Source of the DNA: Methanothrix sp.
Lineage (GTDB): Archaea > Halobacteriota > Methanosarcinia > Methanotrichales > Methanotrichaceae
Direction of reading: 5' to 3'
Assembly (NCBI GenBank): GCA_040770465.1
Contig: JAXGJB010000001.1
Span: forward strand, 1-64,000
Length of the DNA stretch: 64,000 nucleotides
Part shown: piece after piece, positions 9,528 through 21,500 of the stretch
Layout of the letters: each line of letters begins with the position of its first letter
Position numbering within the stretch: the stretch's first letter is position 1
Notes under the pieces: generated by a model
What the model was told of the DNA's origin: nothing
Databases searched by the model: none
What the model saw: only the letters and a program-made list of their open reading frames with translations
Program-made: the position numbers and the translations under genes

Positions 9528-10338
9528 TTAAAAAGATTCTGACATCAGCCAGGCGACCTCGCGGAGGTCCACCTCGATACCCTCAAGCCTCTCTCCGAGG
9601 GCGTCCAACGTTGGGATCGAGCAATACTCGCCGTCCGCGGCCATGATCATCGAGGCGCCCTCCAATGAGGCGCATCCGAGCCCCACCTCCTCGAAACGGA
9701 GTCTCAAACTCCCGATGGTCGCAGTCCGGATGCAGACGATGGACCAGGCCGGCCGGCTGCCATGAGAGGGTGACCCACCCGGCTTTCGCAGACCTCGATA
9801 TCAGATCTTCGACGAGGTGCACGTCACCATCTTCGATGTAGGGTGAGTCGATGAGGAGGAGCGCCGGCTCACTCAACCGGTCCAGAAGGCCTGAGACGCC
9901 CGAAAACCCGTCTCCGAGATGGAAATGCCGAGTCGAATTCGACGCCCCCTCGCCCTTCAACCGAGATCTCCACGCCCTCTCGACCTCGGGGCTTGTATCC
10001 CAAAGCTCTGCATCGAGGGCGACGCCGCGCGTATCGGCGAGATCGAGGACGATGGACGCGGACCCCGGATACCGCTCAAGGCCGCGGGGGTTTCTGTCGC
10101 CGACGATTTGAAAGTAGCGATATTTGTCAAGAGGTTCGCGGCAGGGCCAGATCCTCCCGATCCCCCCCTCCCACTCGCCGCCGGGACGGAGCCGGTACTC
10201 GGGTCGTCCGGCGTGGCTCTCGACGTAGATCCGGACTCCGGCCCCGGCCCCCAGGAGGTGGTCGGCCACCTCGGCCAGTACAAGGTGTTTCCAGACGTCG
10301 CCGGCATTTCCGGCGTGGCGGCGGTGGTCGTAGCCCAT
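9528..10338 (-). pseudogene. RlmJ-like (23S rRNA m6A) methyltransferase, apparently frameshifted near 9700
   Basis: The N-terminus MGYDHRRHAGNAGDVWKH, ESHAG, YPGS and LLIDSPY follow the RlmJ pattern (HAGN.ADV.KH / THAG / YPGS / DPPY). The frame from ATG 10338 stops at 9583 after an implausible tail. A shifted frame gives LRFEEVGLGCASLEGASMIMAADG...SESF* ending at 9528. Confidence 0.6.
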
Positions 10339-10407
10339 GAGTTCTCCATTTCCTCTATCGATGATAAATTTGACCTGGATATTGAATGATGGAGAAGAGA
10401 CGAGATG

Positions 10408-10474
10408 AAGAGAGGGAGTTGAGAGAGGGAGTTGAGAGAGGGAGTTGAGAGGGGGAGTTGAGAGGCTGGGAGTT
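10408..10474. repeat. Purine-rich tandem repeat, ~13-bp unit GAGAGAGGGAGTT x~5, degenerating
   Basis: Read directly; lies in the divergent intergenic region between the rlmJ-like gene and feoB. Confidence 0.9.
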
Positions 10475-10642
10475 ATGAGGCCGAGGGGCAGATGAGCGTT
10501 CAGGGGTGAAGAATGAGGAAGGGGAAAAGCGATATAGGAGATCGCCTCGACTGATCGAGGGAGATCTCTTGCGAAGGAGACCTCTGAAACTCCGATCGGA
10601 CCCGGTCCAGCCGGTCCTAAAATTAGATGGGAGCCTCCGGTT

Positions 10643-12343
10643 TTGAAGATAATACTGATGGGAAACCCCAACGTCGGAAAGAGCGTCGTATTCTCCAGGC
10701 TCACGGGGATCGAGGTGATATCCTCAAACTACCCGGGAACCACCGTCGAGTACACCCTGGGCAAGACCACCATCGGAAAGGAGAGCTCCGAGGTTATCGA
10801 CCCACCAGGGGTCTACTCCATCGAGCCCTCCTGCAGGGCCGAGGAGGTGACGAGGGAGATCTTCGAGGAGGGGGCGGACGTCGTGGTCAATGTGGTCGAC
10901 GCCACAAACCTCGAACGGAACCTGAACCTCACCCTCCAGATCCTGGAGCGGGGCCTCCCGACGGTCGTCGTCCTCAACCTCTGGGACGTGGCCACCCGGA
11001 CGGGGATAAATATAGACGTCGAGGCGCTGGAGCGGGAGCTTGGCGTCCCCGTTTTGCCGGCGGTGGCCGTCAGCGGCCAGGGGATAAGAGAGCTGGTGGA
11101 GGCGATACCTACGGCAAGGGTGCCTCCAACCGTCCGGTTCGAGTCCGCAGACCAGAGGTGGGCGAGGGTCGGCGAGATCGTCGAGAGGAGTCAGCGGGTC
11201 GTCCACAAGCATCCCACCATCCTCGAGAAGCTGGAGGAGGCGACGATAAAGCCCCTCTTCGGAGTCCCATTCGGCCTTTTCGTGCTATACCTATCCTTCA
11301 CCGGTGTCATCAGGCTGGGAGAATTTCTCATCGACACCATCCTCGATCCGGCCTTCGCCGTTTATGGATCTTGGATCACCGGGGTCGTCGGCCAGCACGC
11401 CAGCGGCCTCCTCCGCGACATCCTCATCGGGACTTCGCCGGAGATCGAGACCTCCTTCGGCCTTCTCACCACAGGCCTTTACGTCCCTCTGGGGATGGTG
11501 ATGCCTTTCGTCATCCCCTTCTACATCGTTTTGGGGGTCCTCGAAGATGTCGGCTACCTTCCGCGGATCAGCGTCCTCGTCGACGCCCTGATGCATCGGG
11601 TCGGCCTCCACGGAGCTGCCATCGTACCCTGCATCCTCGGCCTCGGCTGCAACGTCCCCGGCGTCATGGCCACGAGGGTCCTCGAGTCTCCGAAGCAGAG
11701 GTACCTCGCCGCCACCCTGATGGCGGTCTCGGTCCCCTGCGCCGCCCAGAACGCCATGATCTGGGGGCTCCTCGGCCCCTTCGGCCTCCGGTACATCGCC
11801 ATCGTCTACGGGACCCTCGCCCTCGTCTTCATCACCGCCGGCTTCATACTCTCCCGGATCATCGGCGGCGAGTCGCCGGAGATATTCCTGGAGATCCCCC
11901 CTTATCGAGTCCCCGATGGCCGGGCTCTCTTCAAGAAGACCTGGATGAGGTCGAAGCATTTTCTGAAGGAGGCGGTACCCTACGTCCTTTTGGGGGTATT
12001 TCTGATGAACGTCCTCTTCATCATCGGGGTCGTCGATGCAGTCGGGAGCCTGGCGGAGCCGGTCGTCACCGGCCTATTCGGCCTTCCGAAGGACGCCGCA
12101 GCGACTATGATAGTCGGGTTTCTGAGAAAGGACGTGGCCGTCGGGATGCTCGCCCCCCTGGGTATGACGGCGGGCCAGCTCGTCGTCGCCTCGGTGGTGC
12201 TGGCGATGTACTTCCCGTGCGTCGCCACCTTCGCCGTCTTCATGAAGGAGCTGGGGCTGAAAAATACCGCACGGTCGGCGGTGATCATGGTATTTTCGGC
12301 GACGATCGTGGGGACGATCCTCAACGCCATCTTGACGATCTGA
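10643..12343 (+). CDS. feoB: Ferrous iron transporter FeoB
   Basis: GNPNVGKS, NYPGTTV, DPPG, VDATNLERNL, LEDVGYLPR, GLGCNVP, YFPCVAT; TTG start. Confidence 0.93.
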   Translation: MKIILMGNPNVGKSVVFSRLTGIEVISSNYPGTTVEYTLGKTTIGKESSEVIDPPGVYSIEPSCRAEEVTREIFEEGADVVVNVVDATNLERNLNLTLQILERGLPTVVVLNLWDVATRTGINIDVEALERELGVPVLPAVAVSGQGIRELVEAIPTARVPPTVRFESADQRWARVGEIVERSQRVVHKHPTILEKLEEATIKPLFGVPFGLFVLYLSFTGVIRLGEFLIDTILDPAFAVYGSWITGVVGQHASGLLRDILIGTSPEIETSFGLLTTGLYVPLGMVMPFVIPFYIVLGVLEDVGYLPRISVLVDALMHRVGLHGAAIVPCILGLGCNVPGVMATRVLESPKQRYLAATLMAVSVPCAAQNAMIWGLLGPFGLRYIAIVYGTLALVFITAGFILSRIIGGESPEIFLEIPPYRVPDGRALFKKTWMRSKHFLKEAVPYVLLGVFLMNVLFIIGVVDAVGSLAEPVVTGLFGLPKDAAATMIVGFLRKDVAVGMLAPLGMTAGQLVVASVVLAMYFPCVATFAVFMKELGLKNTARSAVIMVFSATIVGTILNAILTI

Positions 12344-12398
12344 ATGCCGGATTCTGTAGAAGCGGGGTCGTGAGGGTTTCAGTTCCTCGGCCGCGACT

Positions 12399-13097
12399 TC
12401 ATGGTCCCCCTCTGATCGCATCGACGGGGATCTTTCCGTCGTGGACCGCCGTGGCGACGAGGGCGCCGGCGAGGCCCAGCTCCTCCAGCCGGTCGAGGTC
12501 CGATCCGTCTTTCACCCCGCCTCCCAGGAGGAGGGGATGATCGGAGATATCCGCGGCTCTTCGGAGAAAACCCTCATCCAGGCCAGCCGAAGTTCCCACC
12601 CGGTCCAGGGAGAGGAGGATGATCTCTCCAATGGGGAGAGGGTTCAGCTTCCGGATCAGATCGAGAGGCGAGACCTTGAGAGATGGGTCGCGAGCCAAGA
12701 CCTCGCCCCTGAAGAGATCCACGCTGACAACGATGTCTCTTCTGGCTGACGCCTCCTCGATGAGAGAGAGAGAACCGGTCTCCGTCCCCAGGACGGGTTT
12801 GCAGCTGATCGGTAGGAGGTCGAGATCTTTGAGAGACGATATCCCGATGTCTGCCATCGTATCGGCCTTGCCGGCGATCTCGCCGATCAGATCGAGGTTA
12901 TCGCCGGAGCCTGTGATCCTGTCGAGGTCGGCGACGTAGACCTCTTTTGGCCGGAGGAGTTCGAGGATCGAGATTGGGTCGGAGGTCCCGACGACCTTGC
13001 TCGACATCGCGATCTGCTGATATTTCTCCCGCTCTCCCCGAACGGCGTGGACCGCCGAACCGTTAAATAGGTCGAGAACAAAGACGCAGCGCGTCAT
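12399..13097 (-). CDS. HisA/HisF-related TIM-barrel protein (C1-cofactor-associated family)
   Basis: From ATG 13097: FVLDLFNGSAVHAVRGER, YVADLDRI, LGTET, LDRVGT, GGGV, ALVATAVH; divergent from mfnB. Confidence 0.85.
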   Translation of the reverse strand: MTRCVFVLDLFNGSAVHAVRGEREKYQQIAMSSKVVGTSDPISILELLRPKEVYVADLDRITGSGDNLDLIGEIAGKADTMADIGISSLKDLDLLPISCKPVLGTETGSLSLIEEASARRDIVVSVDLFRGEVLARDPSLKVSPLDLIRKLNPLPIGEIILLSLDRVGTSAGLDEGFLRRAADISDHPLLLGGGVKDGSDLDRLEELGLAGALVATAVHDGKIPVDAIRGGP

Positions 13098-13124
13098 GAT
13101 TTTACAAAACGAGGATGAGATGAT

Positions 13125-13826
13125 ATGAGGTTGTTGGTCAGTCCGATTAATATCAAAGAGGCAGAGGCGGCGATGGCTGGAGGCGCGGACATTTTGGATG
13201 TCAAAAACCCCAAAGAGGGGTCTCTCGGTGCAAACTTCCCCTGGGTGATAAGGTCCGTCGCAGAGGTTGCCGGTGGCAAAATGCCCGTCAGCGCCACCAT
13301 CGGCGACTTCGACTACAAGCCCGGGACCGCCAGCCTCGCGGCCCTGGGAGCCGCCTTCTCCGGAGCCGACTACATCAAGGTGGGCCTCCTCAAGATCCAA
13401 ACCCAGGACGAGGCCGGTGATATGCTCGGAAATATCGCACGGTCTGTCAAGGAGTTCGACGCCGAGAAGAAGCTGGTGGCAGCTGCCTACTCCGACTTTT
13501 CCAGGGTAGGGTCGATCTCCCCGATGGACCTGCCCGAGGTCGCCGCCGAGTGCGGGGCCGACGTGGTGATGGTGGATACCGCCGTCAAGGACGGCAAGTC
13601 GACCTTCGAGTTCATGACCGAATCCCAGATCGCAGATTTCATCGATCTCGGCCACGACTTCGGCTTGGATGTGGCGATCGCGGGGACGATAAAGTTCGAG
13701 GACCTTGATCTCTTGAAGAGGGTCGCTCCGGAGATCGTCGGGGTCCGGGGAGCGGTCTGTGGCGGTGACCGGAGCGGCCAAATAAAGGAGGAGCTGGTCA
13801 GACGGATGAAGGCCGACCTCTCCTGA
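13125..13826 (+). CDS. mfnB: (5-formylfuran-3-yl)methyl phosphate synthase (methanofuran biosynthesis)
   Basis: MRLLVSP, GADILDVKNPKEGSLGANFPW, VSATIGD, DYIKVGL, MVDTAVKDG, GVRGAVC. Confidence 0.93.
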   Translation: MRLLVSPINIKEAEAAMAGGADILDVKNPKEGSLGANFPWVIRSVAEVAGGKMPVSATIGDFDYKPGTASLAALGAAFSGADYIKVGLLKIQTQDEAGDMLGNIARSVKEFDAEKKLVAAAYSDFSRVGSISPMDLPEVAAECGADVVMVDTAVKDGKSTFEFMTESQIADFIDLGHDFGLDVAIAGTIKFEDLDLLKRVAPEIVGVRGAVCGGDRSGQIKEELVRRMKADLS

Positions 13827-13834
13827 AGCTCGTT

Positions 13835-15406
13835 TTATAGCTTTATCAGCTTCGCCTTGATGACCCCCGAGACCTCGGTCAGCCTCTTGAGGGTATCGTC
13901 GGAGACGGGGTGGTCGACGTTCAGGACCATGATCTGCTCCCCGCCCGAGGGCTTTCGGCCGACGTGCATACCGCCGATGTTGATCTGATCCTCGCCCAAG
14001 ACGACGCAGCAGGGTCCGATGATATTCGGCCGGTCCTCGTGGGTGGCCATGACCATGTAACCCTCGGTGGGGACCTGAACCCTATACTCGTTGATCTGGA
14101 CGATCCTCCCCTCCTTCTTGCCGTAGACGGTCCCAAAGATCGAGACCGAGCCCTTGGGGCCCGAGAGGGTCAGGGTGACCAGGTTGCTGTAGCCGTTCGT
14201 CGAATCGGTCTTGCTCTCGGTGAGGGCGATCCCGCACTCCTTCAGCTTGACCAGAGAGTTTACGAAGTTGGCGCTGTGGCCCGCCGCCTCCAGAAAGCCC
14301 TTCACCGCCGAGATGGTGACCGGCTTTGAATCCTTCTCGGCGACGGTCCCGCCGTAGACGATCTCCAGCTTCTCATATCCGTCCTCGCCGAGCTGGGCTG
14401 CGAGCCGTCCCATCTTCTCCATAAGGTCCATGTAGGGGCTCATCACCGCCATAGTCTCGGAGGATATGGCCGGCATGTTCAGGGCGTTGGGTGGAAGCTC
14501 TCCTCTCATCACCGCCAGGATCTGCTCGGCAACAGCCACCGCCACGTTCACCTGGGCCTCGGCGGTGGAGGCTCCGAGGTGGGGGGTCACAACGATCCCG
14601 TTCTGCTCGATGAGGGGGTTACCGGTCGGCGGCTCCTTGGTGAAGACGTCGACGGCGGCTCCTGCGACCCTTCCTTCGGCGACGGCCTTGGCGAGGGCCT
14701 CCTCGTTGATGATACCGCCTCGGGCGCAGTTGATCAGCCGGACTCCCGGCTTCATGATATTGAACTGGTCCTCATCGATGAGGTTTCGGGTCTCCTTGGT
14801 GAGGGGGGTGTGGACGGTGATGAAGTCAGATTCCCTGAAGATCTCGTCGAGGGGCGCGAGCTTGATTCCCAGGTCTGCGGCCTTCTCCTCGGTGACGAAG
14901 GGGTCGTAGGCGAGGATGTGCATCCCAAACGACTTCATCCGAGATGCGATCTCGGCTCCGATCCTGCCCAGGCCGACGATCCCCAGGGTCTTGTTGTAGA
15001 CCTCGACCCCGGTGTACTTCTTCCGGTTCCACTCGCCGGCCTTGATGGAGTTGTTCGCCTGGGGGATGTTTCTTGCAAGAGAGAGCATCATGGCGATGGT
15101 GTGCTCTGCCGCGGAGATGGTGTTTCCACCGGGGGTGTTGACGACGATGATCCCCTTCTTGGTGGCGGCATCTATGTCGATGTTGTCGACCCCGACCCCG
15201 GCCCTTCCGACGACCTTCAGCTTATCGGCGGCGGCGATCACCTCGGCGGTCACCTTCGTCCCGCTCCGGATGGCCAGGGCGTCGTAATCTTTGATTCTCT
15301 CAATCAGCTCTTCGGGGGAGAGGTTGGTGATGACGTCAACCTCGGCCTCCGTCTCCAGCTTCCTTACGCCCTCTTCTGATAGAGGGTCGCTGACAAGGAC
15401 TTTCAT
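13835..15406 (-). CDS. serA: D-3-phosphoglycerate dehydrogenase
   Basis: MKVLVSDPL start (ATG 15406), RAGVGVDNID, GLGRIG, INCARGG, TPHLGAST; C-terminal ACT domain (HEDRP). Confidence 0.95.
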   Translation of the reverse strand: MKVLVSDPLSEEGVRKLETEAEVDVITNLSPEELIERIKDYDALAIRSGTKVTAEVIAAADKLKVVGRAGVGVDNIDIDAATKKGIIVVNTPGGNTISAAEHTIAMMLSLARNIPQANNSIKAGEWNRKKYTGVEVYNKTLGIVGLGRIGAEIASRMKSFGMHILAYDPFVTEEKAADLGIKLAPLDEIFRESDFITVHTPLTKETRNLIDEDQFNIMKPGVRLINCARGGIINEEALAKAVAEGRVAGAAVDVFTKEPPTGNPLIEQNGIVVTPHLGASTAEAQVNVAVAVAEQILAVMRGELPPNALNMPAISSETMAVMSPYMDLMEKMGRLAAQLGEDGYEKLEIVYGGTVAEKDSKPVTISAVKGFLEAAGHSANFVNSLVKLKECGIALTESKTDSTNGYSNLVTLTLSGPKGSVSIFGTVYGKKEGRIVQINEYRVQVPTEGYMVMATHEDRPNIIGPCCVVLGEDQINIGGMHVGRKPSGGEQIMVLNVDHPVSDDTLKRLTEVSGVIKAKLIKL

Positions 15407-15576
15407 GACATTCTCCTCCATTGACGTGCAGAGATGTACAGGCATTTTACCTTTTCGACGTAATGGGCGGAATTGTCCGAAATAAGTGGAAGTCCAACTC
15501 CCCCGAGACTTTTTCTCGTGGGTCCAGGAGCCGGAGGAGAAGAGAGGATCATCCGGCGGATTCGTCTCCCATTTTC

Positions 15577-18500
15577 CTACAGCTGATTCGTTGGCAGGTC
15601 TGTAACCCAATCAAGTGGCAGGCTCAGATTTGAGAGTCGAAGGAGCGGCATAGACTGAACCGTTAGATTGGAGAGGAGGGTCAGGTCGAACTTCAAGATA
15701 CCCTTCTTTCCCTCATACGGCGAATTCTCCTCGAACCATCGCAAGATCTCCTGGGATAGTTCGCTGACGAAGGATCCGGATGTATCTTGGTCACTGGAGC
15801 GTCCCCTCCGCGGGACCGACGGGTCGAAGGAAGAGGACGGAACGAAGAGGACCGGCAGGGTCACCCATGGAAGCTCGGAGTTCACCCGATACTCGTAGCT
15901 GCACTCCAGTTGGAGGGAGAATGAATCCTTCGATCCAGCCGTTTGGTTCTTAAAGAGGTTCTCGAATAACGAAGAGAGATGCTCGGCCAGCCTCCGACTA
16001 ACGGGCTCTCCGTCAGGAGAGCCGACGAGCGAGATGTCTATCAGATCGTCCGATCTCAGCTTCGGTCGGTGCGGGTTTGCGAACTGGATCTCCGAGGTCC
16101 TGTATACGAAGGGACTCGCGGTCTTCCTCTCAGGGACTAGCGTTTCGTTCCGGCTGAGCCAGGAGGTTGACCGAGCGCTCTGCTCTTCCATCACGTTGAT
16201 CTGCGGCAAAGTGACTGTACGGCCCGGAATGGCCCGTCCCAAAGAAGCGGTAAGATACTTCCCATCATCATGGGATCTGAATACATAATCGATCTCTGAA
16301 TCGTTACTTGGAAGTTGGACTGTATCGTATTCTCCGATGGCCACCTTCGGCAAATCAATTCCAGATGGCCAATTTCCGTTAAGATTGACTCTGACCATCA
16401 AAGCCTCCACCGCCGTTCCGTCGGGATCGCTCATCGACTTAGACATCTCTTTTATGGAGAATTCGCACGCGTCTACAAAATCCCGCACATTATCGAAGTC
16501 GCCGGCAAACTTTGTGATATCGTTCAGTGGTGCCCACGCTTTGGCCACGCGGCCAACGAGGTTCACGAAAGATTCGAGAGCTTTCAATGCCGTGGATCGT
16601 TCTCCGTCCTTGGCCGATTTGTCGATCTCGCGCAAAACCCCGTCAAGATCCTTCGCCACAGCAGGGTAGACAGTAACAAACTCTGCAAGAGCGGGGAAGA
16701 CGTCGTCCATCGACTGAGACAGAGCTCTAGACGCCGGCTTAAGGTTGAAGACCACTCTGAACGAAATATCGTCCTGAGGCTCGTGGTAACTCTGACTGTA
16801 AACGAAGGAGTAATCCCACATCACAGCCTTGTCGATATTAGATGCGTTGATATCGTCGGAGCTGGGCAATCCGGTCTGGCCGATCATAGATGGCGGCGTT
16901 GGAATGGCACGGAGCACCAGCGGCACGTCGAACTTGCCCAGATACCTCTCCAGCGAGAAGTCGCCGTCACCTTCCGGCAGGTTCACAAAGGAGAGCCACG
17001 ACGATGCCTCGTAATTGTATATCCCAGGCAGCTCGCCGATTTCATGTTCGATGTTCAGCCCCCGGAACGAGAGGTCCAACGGCACGTAGCTCTGCATCGG
17101 GCTCGAAGGATCGTCTCCCTGTTTTGTGTCTTTCGTCTGCATCAAGAACGTCAGGTTTTCCGTTCTGTTCTCGAGCACGAGTTTCGCCGTCGTCAGAGAT
17201 ACGTCTCCGTTTTGGGATTCGGTGTCATCTTCTGGAACTGGCGCGCCGTAGATGCGAGGTGGATTGGGGTCGTCGGGTTGAGGAACTCCGGTGTTGACGT
17301 CGGCCTCGAACTGGATGACGGCGTTTGTGGAATAGGCGTTCGAAAGACGGACCAGAAGCTGCTGTCTGAACGCCTCCCTTGCCTCTTCATCCTGGCCGTC
17401 GCACAGCTCGTCATCAAAGACCGGAATCAACAGATCGCTTATAGACTCTGCCAGTGATTTCTTGTATTCTAGCAGCGTTCCGATCAGATCCTGCTCACCG
17501 TCGACCATCAAAAGACGTGCTGGCGAGATGTACTCCGGCATGAGGAACTTGTCGACCGCCGCCAGGAACTCCCGGACCCAAACGTCCATATCGATTCCAA
17601 CAAAATCAAGAGTCCGTGTCGGATCGCTGAAATCTATCTCGTTGCCTGAAATGTAGTCGTAGATGGGCACACCCAACCGCGACTCTGGCTTGTTTGAGAT
17701 CGGCTTTGGTGCAAATATCTTCGGGGAGCCGGGGTTTTTCACGGAGTAAGAGATGCCGTTTGCGCCCAACCTCACAGCCCAGATCGATTTCGAACTCGAG
17801 GACGTTCCAACCCGTTTTCTGTCGGTGCCTGTGGCGACTTTGAGCTGATACGATCCGGGCAGGTTCAGAGCCTCCTCAAAATTCAAGGCGAAGACCCTCA
17901 TCGAATACGGATCGACAGCAGCGTCGGTCTTTTTAACGGCCGGGTGGATCGGAGTCGCGACGGAATAGACCGATTCGGCATCTTTGAGGTCAGACTGCAC
18001 CTTTGCCACAGGCCGCTCCATCTTCATCGCGACGGTCAGCTCGAATATCTGGACAGTGTTCAAGGCGAACCCGTTCTCGGTCACAGACGCGCCTTTGGCG
18101 ATCGGAAACACTATATCGAGATCCCCCGGAGTCACTTCAGAAGAGTCTACCAGAACTATATCGGAGAGGAACTGATATATCGTTTCGATCCAGTCCATCA
18201 GATCCTGCGACTGTCCCGCCGACAGCTCGATGGAGCTTGGCTCTAGCAAGCTCGTCTCCACGGATATCTTGACCGGCTCGGGCTCGGGGTCGGAGCCGGC
18301 GGTTTGTAGCAGCTGATAGTATAGCTGTTTGTATACTCGCAGGTCTTGCTCAGCTTTACTCTGTTTCGGATTTTCGCCGCTTTCGGTCTGAACATCAACG
18401 TCTTCTGATGATGAATAAACAGTCGGATCAAAAGCTAGGGTGATGGTCAGATTCGCGCTGTCACCACCATTGAGGACCTTGTAAGAGCTGGAGACGTTCG

Positions 18501-21500
18501 GCCATCTGCCGAGGCCGATCAGCTGATCGGTGTAGCCCACCAGAATGGGCTGGTTGTTTGCCGGTGCGCCTTCGTCCAGCGACGGGTCCGAGAGAGGCGT
18601 TCGAGCTACGTTGCCGAAGATGTCCTGCCAGCCGAAGTTCACCTGCAACAGGTCGCCTATTCCGAGATACGGGCTATCTTTGGGGTCGGGCATATCGGCG
18701 TTTGCTTCGAGACCCTCATCCTCCGCAAAGCGGGGGTAGGGGAGTGCCTGGTGGTACTTCCAGAGCCCGTCATCTGTTTTTGGTGGCACGGGCTCGCGAA
18801 TCTTCCGTCCTGAAACCGCATCGACCGGCGTTTCCACGGGACCCATCGGCAATCCCCAGTCGCTCTTGCCGAAATCAAGGTTCTCGAAGACGCGGTACCC
18901 GAGCATCGAGAAGGTCTGTTGGAGATACAGCTGGCCGAAATCCTCGTCGGCTCTCGGATCATCCGGCGCTTCAGCAGAGACTATCCGTTTTGCTCCGATC
19001 GGTGTCGCGCCGGCAGGTACAGTGGCAGTTTTCATATTTGGCCCGCCACTGATAGAAAGCTGACTCTCGGCGCTCATCAGGCCCTTCGTCGACTTGTTAT
19101 CTTCTGCCAGGTCAGAGATCGAGCAGCCGTAGAAGGATGCGAGGCTGGCATAGGTTCTGCCGCCCTGGCCGACTCCAACTGTAGCTTGGATCTGCGGGAG
19201 ATGAATCGCATCGTAGGCGACCAACAAGCTCAGCGGGCTCGTCACGCTCATGAGCCCTTTCGTCGACTTGTTATCTTCTGCCAGATCACTGACCGAGCAG
19301 CCGTAGTAGGTGCCGAGCTCTGCTAAAGTTTTGTCTCCTGGCCCCACTCCGACATTCACGTTAATGGTTGGAAGGTTGATCAACTCGCCAATTGTAAGCT
19401 CTTCAGGCCACGGATCTATATTGGGGTTTGCCGCTTTGATATTCTCTTCTGTGGTTTTGAAATAGGCTGCGATATCTGGCAGTTTGCAGCCGGGCGATTT
19501 GGACCTCACCTTGTAGGTGCCCCTCAAAATATCGACAGTCTTCCCCTCGGTCAGGAGATGGTCTTTGTTGGCCTGGGCCAGTTCGGCGAGAGGGATTTGA
19601 TAATAATCGGCGATGCTGGCCAGCGAATCATCGGGGCCAAGTTTGCATTCAAAAACCCTTCGGGGGTTAGCTTCCCTGATCGCCTCTTCTGTTGTTTTGA
19701 AGTAGGCTGCTATATCCGAAAGTCTGCCGCCAGGGCTTGTCCCGATGGGGCTGACCATGTAAGTTCCAGAAGAGACGATCACAGCCTTCCCATCTACGAG
19801 CGGATGGTCCGGATTGTCCTCGACCAGCTCGATCGGAGTCATGAAGTATCTTTGGGCGATATCGGCCAGGGATTCGTCAGACGTGGGCGCACATTCGAGA
19901 TTCAACGGTTCCGCCATTGCGAAGACCACCGACCTCGATGGGTCGATAGAATCTCCGGTCACGGCACAGTTCATGTAGCTTGCAACTCCATTCTCCTCGG
20001 TGCCGTCGGGCTTTGCATAGATAACCAGCAAGGAGATGGTAGCGTCGCCCTTGTCGTTGAAGATGCTCTCAGGGAAACCCGATTCGCCGTCGTAGTTGTA
20101 GTAGAGATAGTATCCTCCAGAACGGGTAATGCTGTTCTCCCACAACATCCTGATGAAATCGTAGGCTGTGTCCAGGCACCCCTCCGTTTTGTGCCGTTGT
20201 TCGTCTGCCTCAGCCAAAGCCCGCAGGGCCCGCTGTAGAGTCTCAGGCGGGCGGGTCTCCGTGGTCAGGTTCACCTGGCTGATGAACATGATGATATCTC
20301 CACCTTTGTCCGACTGGAGAGATGGAGTGACGCTTCCGACGGGGCTATGCCGATAGAGCAGCTTCAGGTCGAGGATAGTTTTGTCGCTATCATGAATCTC
20401 CTGGAGTAGCCGCTCCAAAAGCAGTATTCCTCGCTCGTTTGCGCCAGCCAGTTCATAAGTGGTCCGAGTCGATGGGCTCTCAGAAACCTGCTCGATCTTC
20501 TTAATGCCGACCTCTATGAGGGTTCCCCAGCCGTACGAATTCACCTGGATTTTATCCATCTCGGACGTCGCTTCGTTGTAGGTTCCGACCTGGATGGACA
20601 TCTTCGGCAGGACGTCTCCTGTCCTCGAATCGGATAGGTCCATCAGGCTCGCCGGAAGTGACCAGATCCGCAGGGATTGCTTTTCGCCCGATTGATCGGA
20701 GTAGGGCAGGTCCACATCATCCGGGCTGTGCCAGAGGGTGACTGAGGTGAATGGGTAGGTCATGGGCTGTGAGCTGTAGACCTGTTCAGATCCAAGCTCT
20801 TCCAGCTTGGGAACGATGCCGGCCTCTACCGCCTTTTGGACCGAACTCGCCCGAGATGCATCGTCTCCTTTCACTGTGACCTTCAGCTCGTTTTCGCTCT
20901 CCCCGGCCTGAAACTCTATCCAGCTCGAGTCATCCCCTTTAACGAGGGAGAAACAGAAGTTATCGTCGGTGAGGGTCGGGATCGGGAACTGCTGGCCTGT
21001 GAGGGCGTAAAGACCCGCCTCTTCAGGCCATCCGGAACTATCGTCTTTGAAGTCGATGCCCGCCGTCGGAAGCCTCATTCCGTGCAAGAGGTATCTTGAA
21101 GCCATGCCAGAAAGGTGCTGTAGCCCCTTTGTCCTCTGGATCTCATCGATAAGCTCGCAGACCCGGAACCGTTCCAGGTGGGGGACGTTCAGGCACTGGG
21201 CTTCAGATGACGTCGAGAATAGGTCCTCTACACCCAGGTTGCCTGTGGCCGCTGCCAGCTGCTTTACGGGGATGTCGTACACGGCTGCTATGCTCGCCAA
21301 GGTGTCGCCCTCGTTGGTGGTACGGGTTATCGTCGGAAGAGACAGCAGACTCGAAGTGACCAAGACCCCTGGTTTATCTTTGAGGTCTGAGTTTGTGATT
21401 AGTTCCTTCAGCGAACAGCCAAAAATATCATCTGAGATCGATTGTAATGTATCCCCGTTCTGGATGACATATTCCGGCTTTTCTCCGTAGGTCACAGTCA

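Noticed and set aside
10627-12540. 637-aa ORF overlapping feoB in another frame, and similar long shadow ORFs (523-1803, 7834-9003, 55100-56392, 62468-63775)
   Set aside because: Arg/Pro/Gly-rich or antisense shadows expected in high-GC coding DNA; each overlaps a well-supported gene.
15410-15576. att site or target duplication at the island's left edge
   Set aside because: No tRNA or integrase here, and I could not match a direct repeat to the right edge by eye; a computational search could still find one.
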